Below are positions 28,501 through 36,728 of a stretch of 64,000 nt of DNA, piece by piece. Position 1 is the stretch's first letter; the number at the start of each line of letters is the position of its first letter. The stretch lies in the NCBI GenBank assembly GCA_965223265.1, contig OZ244999.1, forward strand, positions 3,200,001 to 3,264,000, written 5' to 3'. This DNA comes from Planctomycetota bacterium. Lineage in GTDB: Bacteria; Planctomycetota; UBA8108; SXIK01. The notes beneath the pieces were generated by a model. It saw nothing but the letters and a program-made list of their open reading frames with translations. It was not told where the DNA came from and did no database searches. The position numbers and the translations under genes are program-made.

Positions 28501-29425
28501 CGAGCCCGTGGAGCCGGCGGTGGAGACAGAGCGTCCTTCCTCGCGACGGCAACGCCGTACAGCCCGCTGGCTGGATTTTTCCCGCGACGACGGATCGTTC
28601 AGTTTCACCGGCGTCGAACCGGGGACCTACCATTTGGAGATCGCCGCCCCAGACCATGTCGGTGCGACGCTCGCGATCGACGTCCTTGGGAGTGACCGGT
28701 CGTCACCGATTCAGATCTCGCTCAATCCTGGCGTCGCGCTCGCAGGAAACGTTTTTCGGCGTGGCGGGGCTGGCGAGTCTGTCGGCGATGCCAACATCTA
28801 TCTCTTGCGACTCGAAGAGGACGGTGGTGAGGACGCCGAAGCCGCCGCTGACACTTCCGCGCGCCGCCGACAGCAAGGAGGGCGAGAGGAGCGCCGCGGG
28901 CGCCTGAACGCTGAGTCGCGCGAGATCCTTCCGGGGCCAGAGGAAGTGGCGCAGCGCGCGGCGCTCACGCTGCGCTCCCTCGGCGTAGGCGGTGCGAACG
29001 CCGTCACTGCCGACGATGGCACGTTTCGCATTGCCGAGATTTCCGCCGGACGATTCCTGGTCGTCGTCGATCACGAGCATTTTTTGCCGACGCAGAAAGA
29101 GATCCAGATCGCTGACGAACGCGCCATACCGCCGCTGCGATTCGATCTCGATGCGGGCGCCGAGTTGAGTGGGCGTTTGGTGCTCACGGACGACGTGACC
29201 ACCACAGGCGCCACCTGCCTGCTCCGCCACGCCAGTGGCCTGGTGCGGCGAACGTTTCTCGGCAGTGACGGTACTTACCGGTTTCGTGGTCTCCTCCAAG
29301 GCGAGCACCGGCTCTCCGTCGAGTTCGGCGCGGGGGCGCAGCTGATCCAACGCCAGCGGGTGACGATTAACGGTTCTGAGAATCGGTTTGATTATCGGTT
29401 CGACGAATCGGCAGGCGAGCGCTAG
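25598..29425 (+). CDS. N-terminally anchored protein with many carboxypeptidase-regulatory-like (beta-sandwich) repeats
   Basis: Repeated GxVxDxxGxPxxGAxV...TDxxGxF..xLxxGxYxL motifs, N-terminal TM helix, Arg/Gly-rich insertions. Confidence 0.85.
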   Translation: MRKVGIAVGISLALVATVVLWLGFLDPQRPEPLGTNELRPAVSDEDALGTARDAGSGRGADATEAESQRGMGDTNRLFGRVVDAFDAALPQATVYVRREPIRFDPSDGSFVDRLRDRLLRRAQVTTTDTVLASAETDSNGLYSINVGLFRTGGYIVYARHDAHAPEAKLWEKRADGDAELNFRLIEGQSIAGYVTDRSGVPIAGAEVAALEPRTRGFGPRQRRWVDRAVTTSSGSFVLTVPSGVFHVRASAIGYRRIAVDDVQAGTEDLGMTLPPAGGVTGRVVNTAGELLSGVEVALEERSRGRFGRRRPRPMRGAPAARTSTDEQGRFAFDEIPTRSFSLSFVKPGYVTRSWEPRREDVRRRGAGGDSELGEDIDEVPGVSETNPLEVVLETAAPLSGEVRDAFGDPVVGAFVAVARSGGDGDGPWSRGRRGRDRGEGRGRANRQRAESEDEEGASAERGVEPVSLFRALTAVETNANGRYHFDSLAPGVYDLSVDSPRHPVRRVSDLELESDGAEVDIELPQGITLEGSITSVEGNEPVAAAEISLRVSRRLQRRARTDDSGRFEIAGLVAGSLDEVVVRASGFSTAAFSDVTIADDRESQTLDLVMEPAATVAGRVVDAAGEGVFRAEVTMLPVVETDFGGWDGVRQTFRRSQRHRETTRTDSQGAFHFAEIDSGLGFRLQVTHPDYQSYVSEDFDVASGSEATGIELVLARGGEVVFFVTDPDSTPVAGARVRFELQQQDELVVDNSVEESGGARRSRERPGRDRGERRRRFERAFREFTGEADPLPSFRRSSGPDGTVRFAGLAAGDYVYSISHRGFQSIAGVATVAEESEQSVVAVLPFEHLITGVVVDGSGQPVGGAEVRARPVSVDSSSLNIALIPDRRQLEGSARSKEDGTFRIGQLAPGTYELRVRARGFVELVVGQVTTDTSLEIVLERYGSVSGQVFSGGSGLPLQRFRARLAAVEPVEPAVETERPSSRRQRRTARWLDFSRDDGSFSFTGVEPGTYHLEIAAPDHVGATLAIDVLGSDRSSPIQISLNPGVALAGNVFRRGGAGESVGDANIYLLRLEEDGGEDAEAAADTSARRRQQGGREERRGRLNAESREILPGPEEVAQRAALTLRSLGVGGANAVTADDGTFRIAEISAGRFLVVVDHEHFLPTQKEIQIADERAIPPLRFDLDAGAELSGRLVLTDDVTTTGATCLLRHASGLVRRTFLGSDGTYRFRGLLQGEHRLSVEFGAGAQLIQRQRVTINGSENRFDYRFDESAGER

Positions 29426-29433
29426 TCATTGTG

Positions 29434-29492
29434 GCGGTCGAGCTGGGCCTGAAGAGACCCGCTTCGCGGCCGAATGACTATTTCAACCGCTG
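29434..29492 (-). mobile_element. MITE half copy (one arm)
   Basis: GCGGTCGAGCTGGGCCTGAAGAG...CGGCCGAATGACTATTTCAACCGCTG-GTAA matches the end of the 20705-20883 copy. Confidence 0.65.
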
Positions 29493-29829
29493 GTAACCCG
29501 CCTCACTGAGCAGACCCGCGACTGGCCGGGTATTCTTCATCGAAGGAACGTCCAGCTCGACACTGCCTTTCTGGCCTGCGAGTGGCGGCGAGACCGTGGC
29601 GTCAAGAAAGTGCCCGTAAGTGACGACGTGACGTAACCGCGGCGCAGGACGACAGTTCGCCGCTGGCGAGCTGCGACCTGGCCGCAGTGTTCGCTTGTGA
29701 GCGCCTCGCGACGAGGCGTGCCTCGTTTCGCTTCTTGACTGCTTCTCTACGCCCTACTCACTCAGGCCCTCGTTCGTCGACCGAGTGCTGAAATGCCCCA
29801 GCGGCACATCTCCGTAAGGACATCAGACT

Positions 29830-32583
29830 GTGCATCGCGCCGCCTACTGCGCCCTTTCGCCGATCGTGCTCACTCTTTGGCTTGCACCGGTTGCTACCGC
29901 TGGTGACGAACCGTTCGCCAACAGAAACTGGCCACGGCGAGTCTCGTTTTCGCAGTCGCACGAAGAAGTGGATGTCTTCGACTTTGTCGAGGTTTCGGTC
30001 ACTGTTGATCCGAACGAGTCGATCAACCCTTTCACCGAAGCGACTGTGCGCGGTGCTTTTCGCCTGCGAAGCGGCGCCGAAATCGTTCATGTCGACGGTT
30101 TCTGCGATGCCCAGGACGGATCGCTTTTTCGCGTCCGATTCATGCCTCAGCATCCAGGCTCCTTCGGCTACACGGTGACTTATCGCCAGGGCATCTTTTC
30201 CGAGACGTACGTCGGTACCTTTGTCGCCGTCGATCGAGGCCGACGCGGCAGTCTCCGCGTCGATCCTGAGTACCCTTGGAGCTTTGTGTGGCAGGGCAGC
30301 GGTGAGCGGTACTTTTGCAACGGTGCGACGGCGCTGTTCCTGCTCGGGTGGGATGATCGGACGATCCGTGGCGTACTTGATCGCTACCATTCGCGACACG
30401 TCAATCGCGTCCGCGTGCTGCTGTCTGGACGCACGGAGGATCGTCCGTGGGGGCTCCCTGTCGTGGCGACAGATGACTTCCAGCCTTGGCTGAACCCGTG
30501 GGTTGCCGCTCGCCCCGAGAGCCGAGACGACCCGGGCTTTGACTTGACGCGCTTTCGGCTCGGTTTCTGGCGCAAGCTCGAGCGCCTGCTTCGTTACGCG
30601 CGGGAGCGAGACATTGTCGTGTCACTTGTGCTCTTTTTGGGCAATCAAGCCTCTAGTTTGCCGTTTGCGCCTTTGAGTACGGACGAGAAGAGATTCATTC
30701 GCTACGCAATTGCGCGCTGCGCGCCGTTCAGCAACGTGACTTGGGACCTCGGACACGAGCACGACCGGGTACGGACAGCGCACTGGGCAGAGCTCATCGG
30801 GTACGCGATGAAGTCGTGGGATCCGTACGACCGCTTGCTTGGGGCTCACAATCAGGCCTATCGCGGCGGCGATGCGGGATGGCTCGACGTGCAGCTCCTT
30901 CAATACTGGGACGCGCCGCAGAGCGAGTTTCTCGCGCGAGAGCATCGGCTGCAGAGGCGCTCGGGTCGTATCGTGCCGATCATCAATGAACAGTATGGCT
31001 ATGAGGACCTTTGGGAGCGCTGGCCAGGTGAGCGGGACGTGGAGTCGCGTCGCCGCGTCGCGTGGGAGATCTATCTCGCCGGCTGTTTCCAGACGACCGG
31101 GGAGTCGGTTCGACTTGGCACCGGTGTCGGACTGGATCGGGGCGGAGGCTGGTTCAATGGGCGCGGAGACGAAAGCATGGTGCTGCTCGACAGCATGGCA
31201 AATATCACTGAATTCTTTTCAAAGTTTCAGTGGTGGCGCGGCGCTCCGAGGAGCGACCTTGTCGCCGGGGATGCTCACTGCTTCGCCGAGCCGGGGGCGT
31301 TCTACGCGCTCTATTTGCCGCGTGGTGGTCGCGTCGAACTGCGGCTGCACGGAGGGCCGTACGAGGCGAGGTGGTTTCAGCCTCGCTCTGGACTGTGGTC
31401 GAGCATGGACGTTGTCGAGAATTCCAAGTGGACATCACCCGCGCCTCCCGACGCCGGCGACTGGGCGATCCTGCTGACGCGTCGCGGGGAGTACGTCGAC
31501 GACGATCCGCCACAGGTGCTGAGCGTCGTGGTCGATCCGCCTCGGAGTGAGCTTCACGTCTTCTTCTCCGAAGAGATCGAGGCCTCCCGGGCCGAGAGAG
31601 CCGACAGCTATTCTCTGAAGCCGCGTGGCCGCATCACGGCTGTCAAGTTCGAGCCGAAACGTGGCCACCACGTAACGCTCGAATGTACGCCCTTCGACGG
31701 AGTCGATGACATGGAGCTGGAAGTGCTCACGGCTGCCGACAGGTCGACACCGCTGAACGTCACGCCAGAGACGATCGTGTTGCCGTTGACACTGCATGCG
31801 ACGCCTGCGCCTCGGCTGGCGCTGCCGTTAAGACTCGGACGTGGTCAGAGTGCCGAAAACTTTGGGACGAGTCGCCAGAATCACCCCAAGATCAGCTGGG
31901 ACGAGTTGCGCCCGTCGTGGTCTTCCAACACGCCGACGCTCTACGCGGCTCCTCACTCCCTCGACTTTGGAGCTGTCCCGGGACCCTACGCGATCGTTCT
32001 CGACGCGGGTGTGCCGGCTGCGATTGAGAAAGCTGTCTCATTCACGATCGCCCTTTGGATCAATCGTCGCCGGAGCGACGGCGAGGCTTGCCTCATGGCA
32101 TGGCGCGGAACCGACGCTCGCATGGAGCTTCGAGTGTCGGAGCGCGGTGCGCTCGTCCTGGGGTTCGATGCTGGCGACGAGACCAAAGTCGCGTCGAGCC
32201 AGGAGAACCTGGTGTCGGTCGATGCCCGGGCCAGGCAGGAGAATTGGGTGTTCGTGGCCGTGACTTTTGATGCCACGAAGAAGCAGCAGCAGTTGAGCTT
32301 TTATCGAGGCGACCGCGGCAGAGACGCGGCCTTGGCGGGCACCGCGGACCTACGCTTCGATCAGAACGTGCCGCGCACTTACGACCAGTTGAGCGTCGGT
32401 GGGCCGGCGCCGAACGATGATCCGCTGCGGCGCGAGCGCCAGGCTTTTCTCGGTCTCGTTGACGAGGTCCAGGTCTTCTCTGATCCGTCAGGCGCCGGCG
32501 CAGCCTTGGGCGTCGAGGCGCTTCGACAGCTGCAGGCACGGGACAGCGTCGAGACTCGCACGAAACCTGGGACTACCCGGTGA
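29830..32583 (+). CDS. Secreted DUF5060 + DUF4038 (apiosidase-like) glycoside hydrolase with Ig-like and LamG-like C-terminal domains
   Basis: VDGFCDAQDGSLFRVRFMP, NVTWDLGHE, INEQYGYE, ARWFQPRSG, DWAILL, and LamG-like SFTIALWI...WVFVAVTFD...FLGLVDEVQVF. Confidence 0.75.
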   Translation: MHRAAYCALSPIVLTLWLAPVATAGDEPFANRNWPRRVSFSQSHEEVDVFDFVEVSVTVDPNESINPFTEATVRGAFRLRSGAEIVHVDGFCDAQDGSLFRVRFMPQHPGSFGYTVTYRQGIFSETYVGTFVAVDRGRRGSLRVDPEYPWSFVWQGSGERYFCNGATALFLLGWDDRTIRGVLDRYHSRHVNRVRVLLSGRTEDRPWGLPVVATDDFQPWLNPWVAARPESRDDPGFDLTRFRLGFWRKLERLLRYARERDIVVSLVLFLGNQASSLPFAPLSTDEKRFIRYAIARCAPFSNVTWDLGHEHDRVRTAHWAELIGYAMKSWDPYDRLLGAHNQAYRGGDAGWLDVQLLQYWDAPQSEFLAREHRLQRRSGRIVPIINEQYGYEDLWERWPGERDVESRRRVAWEIYLAGCFQTTGESVRLGTGVGLDRGGGWFNGRGDESMVLLDSMANITEFFSKFQWWRGAPRSDLVAGDAHCFAEPGAFYALYLPRGGRVELRLHGGPYEARWFQPRSGLWSSMDVVENSKWTSPAPPDAGDWAILLTRRGEYVDDDPPQVLSVVVDPPRSELHVFFSEEIEASRAERADSYSLKPRGRITAVKFEPKRGHHVTLECTPFDGVDDMELEVLTAADRSTPLNVTPETIVLPLTLHATPAPRLALPLRLGRGQSAENFGTSRQNHPKISWDELRPSWSSNTPTLYAAPHSLDFGAVPGPYAIVLDAGVPAAIEKAVSFTIALWINRRRSDGEACLMAWRGTDARMELRVSERGALVLGFDAGDETKVASSQENLVSVDARARQENWVFVAVTFDATKKQQQLSFYRGDRGRDAALAGTADLRFDQNVPRTYDQLSVGGPAPNDDPLRRERQAFLGLVDEVQVFSDPSGAGAALGVEALRQLQARDSVETRTKPGTTR

Positions 32584-32603
32584 AGTGAAGAACGTCGTCC
32601 GTG

Positions 32604-32647
32604 AAAAAAGAATCCCCTCACCGGCGCATTCGCCTGTGAGGGGATTC
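32604..32647 (-). terminator. Intrinsic terminator between convergent genes
   Basis: GAATCCCCTCAC...GTGAGGGGATTC stem with an adjacent A6 tract (U tract on the minus strand). Confidence 0.85.
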
Positions 32648-32712
32648 CACGACTCTGGCATCACATTCAACACGCCCACAACGCTTTGACGCGTGCTGGT
32701 ACGGGCAAGTGG

Positions 32713-33441
32713 TTACAGCTTGACCTTCTTTGTCTTGGCCTCGGCCTTGTCCTTACCCTTAGCTTTGGCTTCTTCCTTCTTGCCCTTCGCTTTCTTCTCT
32801 TTGACGCCGACGAAGATGCCGTCCTTGAAGTTCTTGCCAACGTACTTCTTCTTGCAGTTGCCGCAGCAGAAGTTCACGGCTTCATGGCTGAGGCGGATCA
32901 TGGCGTTTTCTTTCTTGCCGGGATTGTTACTGACCGGGCAGTTGCCGACTTCTCCGTCGAGGTCGACGCCATGCTTCTTCGCGAATTTCTTCGGGCAGTT
33001 GCCGCAGCAGAAGTAGAGCTTCTCGCCGTTGACGTAAAGGGAAGTGCCGGGGTTGTCTTTCGCCTTGCCGCCACTGACGGGGCACTTTCCGGGCCCTTTG
33101 TCTTTGGCCGCGAGCTTATTCTTCTTGATGTAGCCCGTTGGGCAATTGGGGCAGCAGAAGTGAAGGAGCTCGGCGGTTTCCTGGATCACAAGCTGCTCAG
33201 CTTTGCCAGGGTTGCCACTGAGCGGGCAGGCCCCAGCCTTTGCCAGGTCGATCCCACGCTGTTTGGCATAGTTCTTCGGGCAGTTGTTGCAGCAGAAGTA
33301 GACAGCCTTGCCGTTGACGCTCAACGAGATTTCTTTGTTCGCATCCTTACCGCTGACGGGGCACTTAGCCTTCTCCGCGGCGGCGCCGACGAGCAGAGCC
33401 GCAGGGAGGGCGATAGTGGCGACGATCGCTGCAATCCGCAT
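32713..33441 (-). CDS. Secreted protein with four YHS/TRASH-like Cys repeats and a Lys-rich tail
   Basis: Signal peptide, 4x CP(V/L)S...FCCxNC, AGGA RBS. Confidence 0.85.
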   Translation of the reverse strand: MRIAAIVATIALPAALLVGAAAEKAKCPVSGKDANKEISLSVNGKAVYFCCNNCPKNYAKQRGIDLAKAGACPLSGNPGKAEQLVIQETAELLHFCCPNCPTGYIKKNKLAAKDKGPGKCPVSGGKAKDNPGTSLYVNGEKLYFCCGNCPKKFAKKHGVDLDGEVGNCPVSNNPGKKENAMIRLSHEAVNFCCGNCKKKYVGKNFKDGIFVGVKEKKAKGKKEEAKAKGKDKAEAKTKKVKL

Positions 33442-34059
33442 GTGAGTCCTCTTTTCTGGCGAGAGACGCGAGCCGGCGGGGCTCGGTCTCCTCGGGCCTT
33501 TCTGAAGGGAAAACTACCGTCCTGATCTCGAAACGCGCGACTTCATCGACTCGCAGGGCCTTCACTGTCGCCGCACACCTGGTTCGATCTCTTGTAGATC
33601 GTTGATCGAGCGCAAAAACCTGACGGGCGATCCTGCCGATGAGAAACCGTCGAGTCTCGTATCGAGGATATAGGGTACACAACTCCAAAAAACGAGCCGA
33701 AATCACTCGATCTAACCTTTCCAAGTCAGCTACATCTTATACCTGACAGTGGTCAAGCGGAGCAAGCCCCATAACCTCGCAAGTCGCTCCGTCTGCCGCA
33801 TCTGCGCGCGATTTCGCGCCGGGTGGGCGCGGCGCGCCAGCGGGTCTGCCTCCGCCCCAGCGGCACGGCCGGGGAACGTGCGGATCTGTCTGAGCTGAGT
33901 CGAATCTGTCTGGCCGCCTGGGCGCGCTGTCACTGTGACGATACATAGGCGAGACGCCGCACCACGCGGCGAAAGAGGAAACCCCTGCAGCGACAGCGAA
34001 ACAAGCGACGCCAGACGACGACACAACCGCCCGTCAGCAGCGCTACGGATTCGAGCGTC

Positions 34060-35214
34060 TTGCCGCTCACGCGCCCATACATCGGTGAAGAGGAGATCGT
34101 CGCCGTCACCGATGTGCTGCGCAGCGGCTGGCTCACGACAGGTCCGAGGCTGGCGGAGTTCGAGGCCGGCTTCGCCGCGATGATCGGGCGCGCCGAAGCG
34201 GTCGGGGTGAGTTCGTGTTCTGCGGCCCTGCACCTGCTGCTGCTCGCCCGCGGCATCGGTCCGGGCGACGAGGTGATCACACCGTCCTTCACGTGGCCGG
34301 CAGCCGTCAACATGATTCACCACGTTGGCGCACGGCCACGGTTTTGTGACATCGACCCGGCGACTCTGCAGACGACACCGGAGCATGTCGCGCGCGCTTG
34401 GACACCGGCGGTGAAAGCAGTCGTGCCTGTCCACTTCGCCGGGCGTTCGCTCGATGTGGACGTACTTTTGTCACAACTGTCGTCGTCGGCGCGGGAGCGT
34501 ACGCAGATCATCGAAGACGCCGCGCACGCTCTCGGCACATTCCGCAGCGGTACACCCGTTGGATCCTCCCGCTACGACGCGGTGTTCAGCCTCCATGCAG
34601 CGAAGACGATCACGACAGCCGAGGGCGGGATCATCGTGACATCTGATCCTGAGCTCGCCGCACGTCTTCGTCGGCTACGAATCCATGGTGTCGACCAAGA
34701 TGCGTGGCGCCGCAGCGGTGGCGAGCGGCAACGCACTTACGACCTTGACGAGCCTGGGTTCAAGTACAACATGACGGATTTGCAAGCGGCGCTCGGACTC
34801 GTTCAACTCGAACGCTTGAATTCCCTCGTCGGCCAACGGCGTGAGATCGCTGACCTCTACTTGAGGCGCTTGCGAAACATCGACGAGATCGAGCTGCCGC
34901 CGCCGGAGTCGTCGCAGGAGCTTCACTCTTGGCATTTGTTCACAATGCTGCTCCGACAGACGGCGAGAATCGGTCGAGACGATCTGCGACATGAGCTGCG
35001 GGCACGTGGCATTGCGACGGGGGTTCACTACCCTGCCGTGCATCAGTTGGCCTTCTACCGCGAGCGCTACCCGGCCGCTGCTGACGCGCTGCCGGCGACA
35101 GAGGACTGTGCTGCACGTGTCCTGTCGTTGCCTTTGTTTCCCGCCATGACGGCGCGGGATGTCGAACGCGTTGCGGCAGCGCTCGAGGACGTGTTCGCTT
35201 CGAGAGCGTTGTGA
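34060..35214 (+). CDS. arnB: DegT/DnrJ/ArnB-family PLP sugar aminotransferase
   Basis: SGWLTTGP, GPGDEVITPSFT, IIEDAAHALG, FSLHAAKTITTAEGG, PGFKYNMTD. Adjacent to an arnD-like gene. Confidence 0.85.
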   Translation: MPLTRPYIGEEEIVAVTDVLRSGWLTTGPRLAEFEAGFAAMIGRAEAVGVSSCSAALHLLLLARGIGPGDEVITPSFTWPAAVNMIHHVGARPRFCDIDPATLQTTPEHVARAWTPAVKAVVPVHFAGRSLDVDVLLSQLSSSARERTQIIEDAAHALGTFRSGTPVGSSRYDAVFSLHAAKTITTAEGGIIVTSDPELAARLRRLRIHGVDQDAWRRSGGERQRTYDLDEPGFKYNMTDLQAALGLVQLERLNSLVGQRREIADLYLRRLRNIDEIELPPPESSQELHSWHLFTMLLRQTARIGRDDLRHELRARGIATGVHYPAVHQLAFYRERYPAAADALPATEDCAARVLSLPLFPAMTARDVERVAAALEDVFASRAL

Positions 35215-35296
35215 GGCAGGCGAGTCGACCAGTCGTGTGTGTCCGTTGTGCGGAACGCGCATTGAGCCGGCGGTTCGGATCGATCGGTCGGTGGAG

Positions 35297-35326
35297 TCTT
35301 TCTCTTTCTCTTTCTCTTTCTCTTTG
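35297..35326. repeat. (TCTTTC)x4-5 pyrimidine microsatellite between arnB and arnD
   Basis: Counted directly. Confidence 0.85.
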
Positions 35327-35350
35327 TTCATTGTCTTTTGAATCGTTCGG

Positions 35351-36280
35351 ATGAACTCGCCGCCGCAACCGAATTCGCCGCCCTGCGCTGGGCTTCGCAT
35401 CGACGTGTGCACCTTTCACGGTCTGCGCTATGGCGTGCTGCCGCTCCTGCGACTCCTCGAGCGTGCCGGCGCGCGCGCGACGTTCTTTGTTGCCCTGGGC
35501 CCCGACCGCTCGGGCCGTGCGCTGCCGCGCTTGCTGACGAGTCGACCCTTTCGACGCAAGATGGTGCGGACGCGAGCCGCTTCCATGTACGGTTGGCGCA
35601 CAGCGCTCTACGGAACGCTCCTGCCCGCACCGATTGCTGGGCGACGATGTGCGCCATTGGTGCGGCAGATCGTTGCGGCCGGTCACGAACTGGGAATTCA
35701 TTCCTGGGACCATCGCACATGGCAGGACTCGTTAGACCGACGGAGCGAGGCCTGGGTGCGTCGTGATTACCGCCGCGCGATCGCGATGTACAGCGACATC
35801 GTCGGCCACCCGCCACCCGCCACAGCGGCGCCAGCCTGGAGAACGAATGCAGCGAGTCTGCTCGTCGCCAGCGAGTTCGGGTTTTGCTTCGGCAGCGACA
35901 CGCGTGGTCGCTTTCCGTTCTTGCCGCGGGTGCGAGGGCGTCAGCTCGCGATGCCACAGGTCCCCACGACGTTGCCGACACTCGACGAGATGCTCGGTGA
36001 GACTCACCGTACGGCCGCGGCCTACGTCGACGACATGCTCGAAGCGATCACGACGGCGGTGACTCCACAGGTGCACACCGCCCACGCCGAGGCTGAGGGG
36101 CGCGGTTACATCGACGCGTACGCCACTCTCCTCCAGGAGCTGGGGCGTCGTGGATGTCGATCCATGCCGCTGGGCGACCTCCTAAATGCATGTGGTCCGC
36201 TGCAATCCAGCGACGTCGGGCGTTCCTCAGTCGTGGGGCGCGCCTCTCCGGTTTGCGTCCAGCGTGCCGATGAACGTTAG
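35351..36280 (+). CDS. arnD: ArnD-like polysaccharide deacetylase/deformylase
   Basis: GLRIDVCT..G..YGV, ATFFVALGPD.SGR, AASMYGW, GHELGIHSWDH..WQD, PTTLPTLDE and VHTAHAEAEG match ArnD motifs. Confidence 0.85.
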   Translation: MNSPPQPNSPPCAGLRIDVCTFHGLRYGVLPLLRLLERAGARATFFVALGPDRSGRALPRLLTSRPFRRKMVRTRAASMYGWRTALYGTLLPAPIAGRRCAPLVRQIVAAGHELGIHSWDHRTWQDSLDRRSEAWVRRDYRRAIAMYSDIVGHPPPATAAPAWRTNAASLLVASEFGFCFGSDTRGRFPFLPRVRGRQLAMPQVPTTLPTLDEMLGETHRTAAAYVDDMLEAITTAVTPQVHTAHAEAEGRGYIDAYATLLQELGRRGCRSMPLGDLLNACGPLQSSDVGRSSVVGRASPVCVQRADER

Positions 36281-36292
36281 GGGTAACTGTAA

Positions 36293-36395
36293 CAGCCTGC
36301 CTGAAAAAGTGCTTCGAGTCGAAAACTGGTCGCTTCGCGTCCAGATCGGCCGCGGCGACCAGTTTCTCGGCCGAATGACTTTTTCAGGCGGGCTG
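36293..36395 (-). mobile_element. MITE, internally deleted subfamily A copy (103 bp), GTAA duplication
   Basis: Both TIRs intact, GTAA on both flanks. Confidence 0.85.
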
Positions 36396-36455
36396 GTAAG
36401 GCCGATCGCGAGGTGAGTTCTCACTCGCAACTTGCCCAACTCTCTTCTATCCTAA

Positions 36456-36610
36456 CCGGCTGTTGAGAAGAGTCTTTGGCTGAACGCACGAAACTCTTCC
36501 TGACCAGATCGCTCGCATTCGTGGCCTTGCCGGCCTCTGCTCTGCGCCAGCCGATCCGAAAAGGAAGAACCGCGTGCTCGGCCTGTAGCACCTTTTTCCG
36601 GCACGTTTGC
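36456..36610 (+). mobile_element. Possible decayed MITE copy
   Basis: CTAA-CCGGCTGTTGAGAAGAGTCTTTGGCTGA...CCAGATC...GCCGATCC...AGCACCTTTTTCC loosely follows the family consensus. Confidence 0.35.
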
Positions 36611-36728
36611 CAGCACGCGAGCACTGCGGGTCGCAGGGCGCCGTGTTGCGGCCGTCCGGGGAGAGCCGCGGTGCTCTCTGCGACACGTGTGCCGCGGGGT
36701 GCTGGGAGCGTAAGAGGTTCACATCGAT

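Noticed and set aside
32686-33525. 279-aa hydrophobic plus-strand ORF
   Set aside because: Antisense shadow of the Lys/Cys-rich YHS-repeat gene
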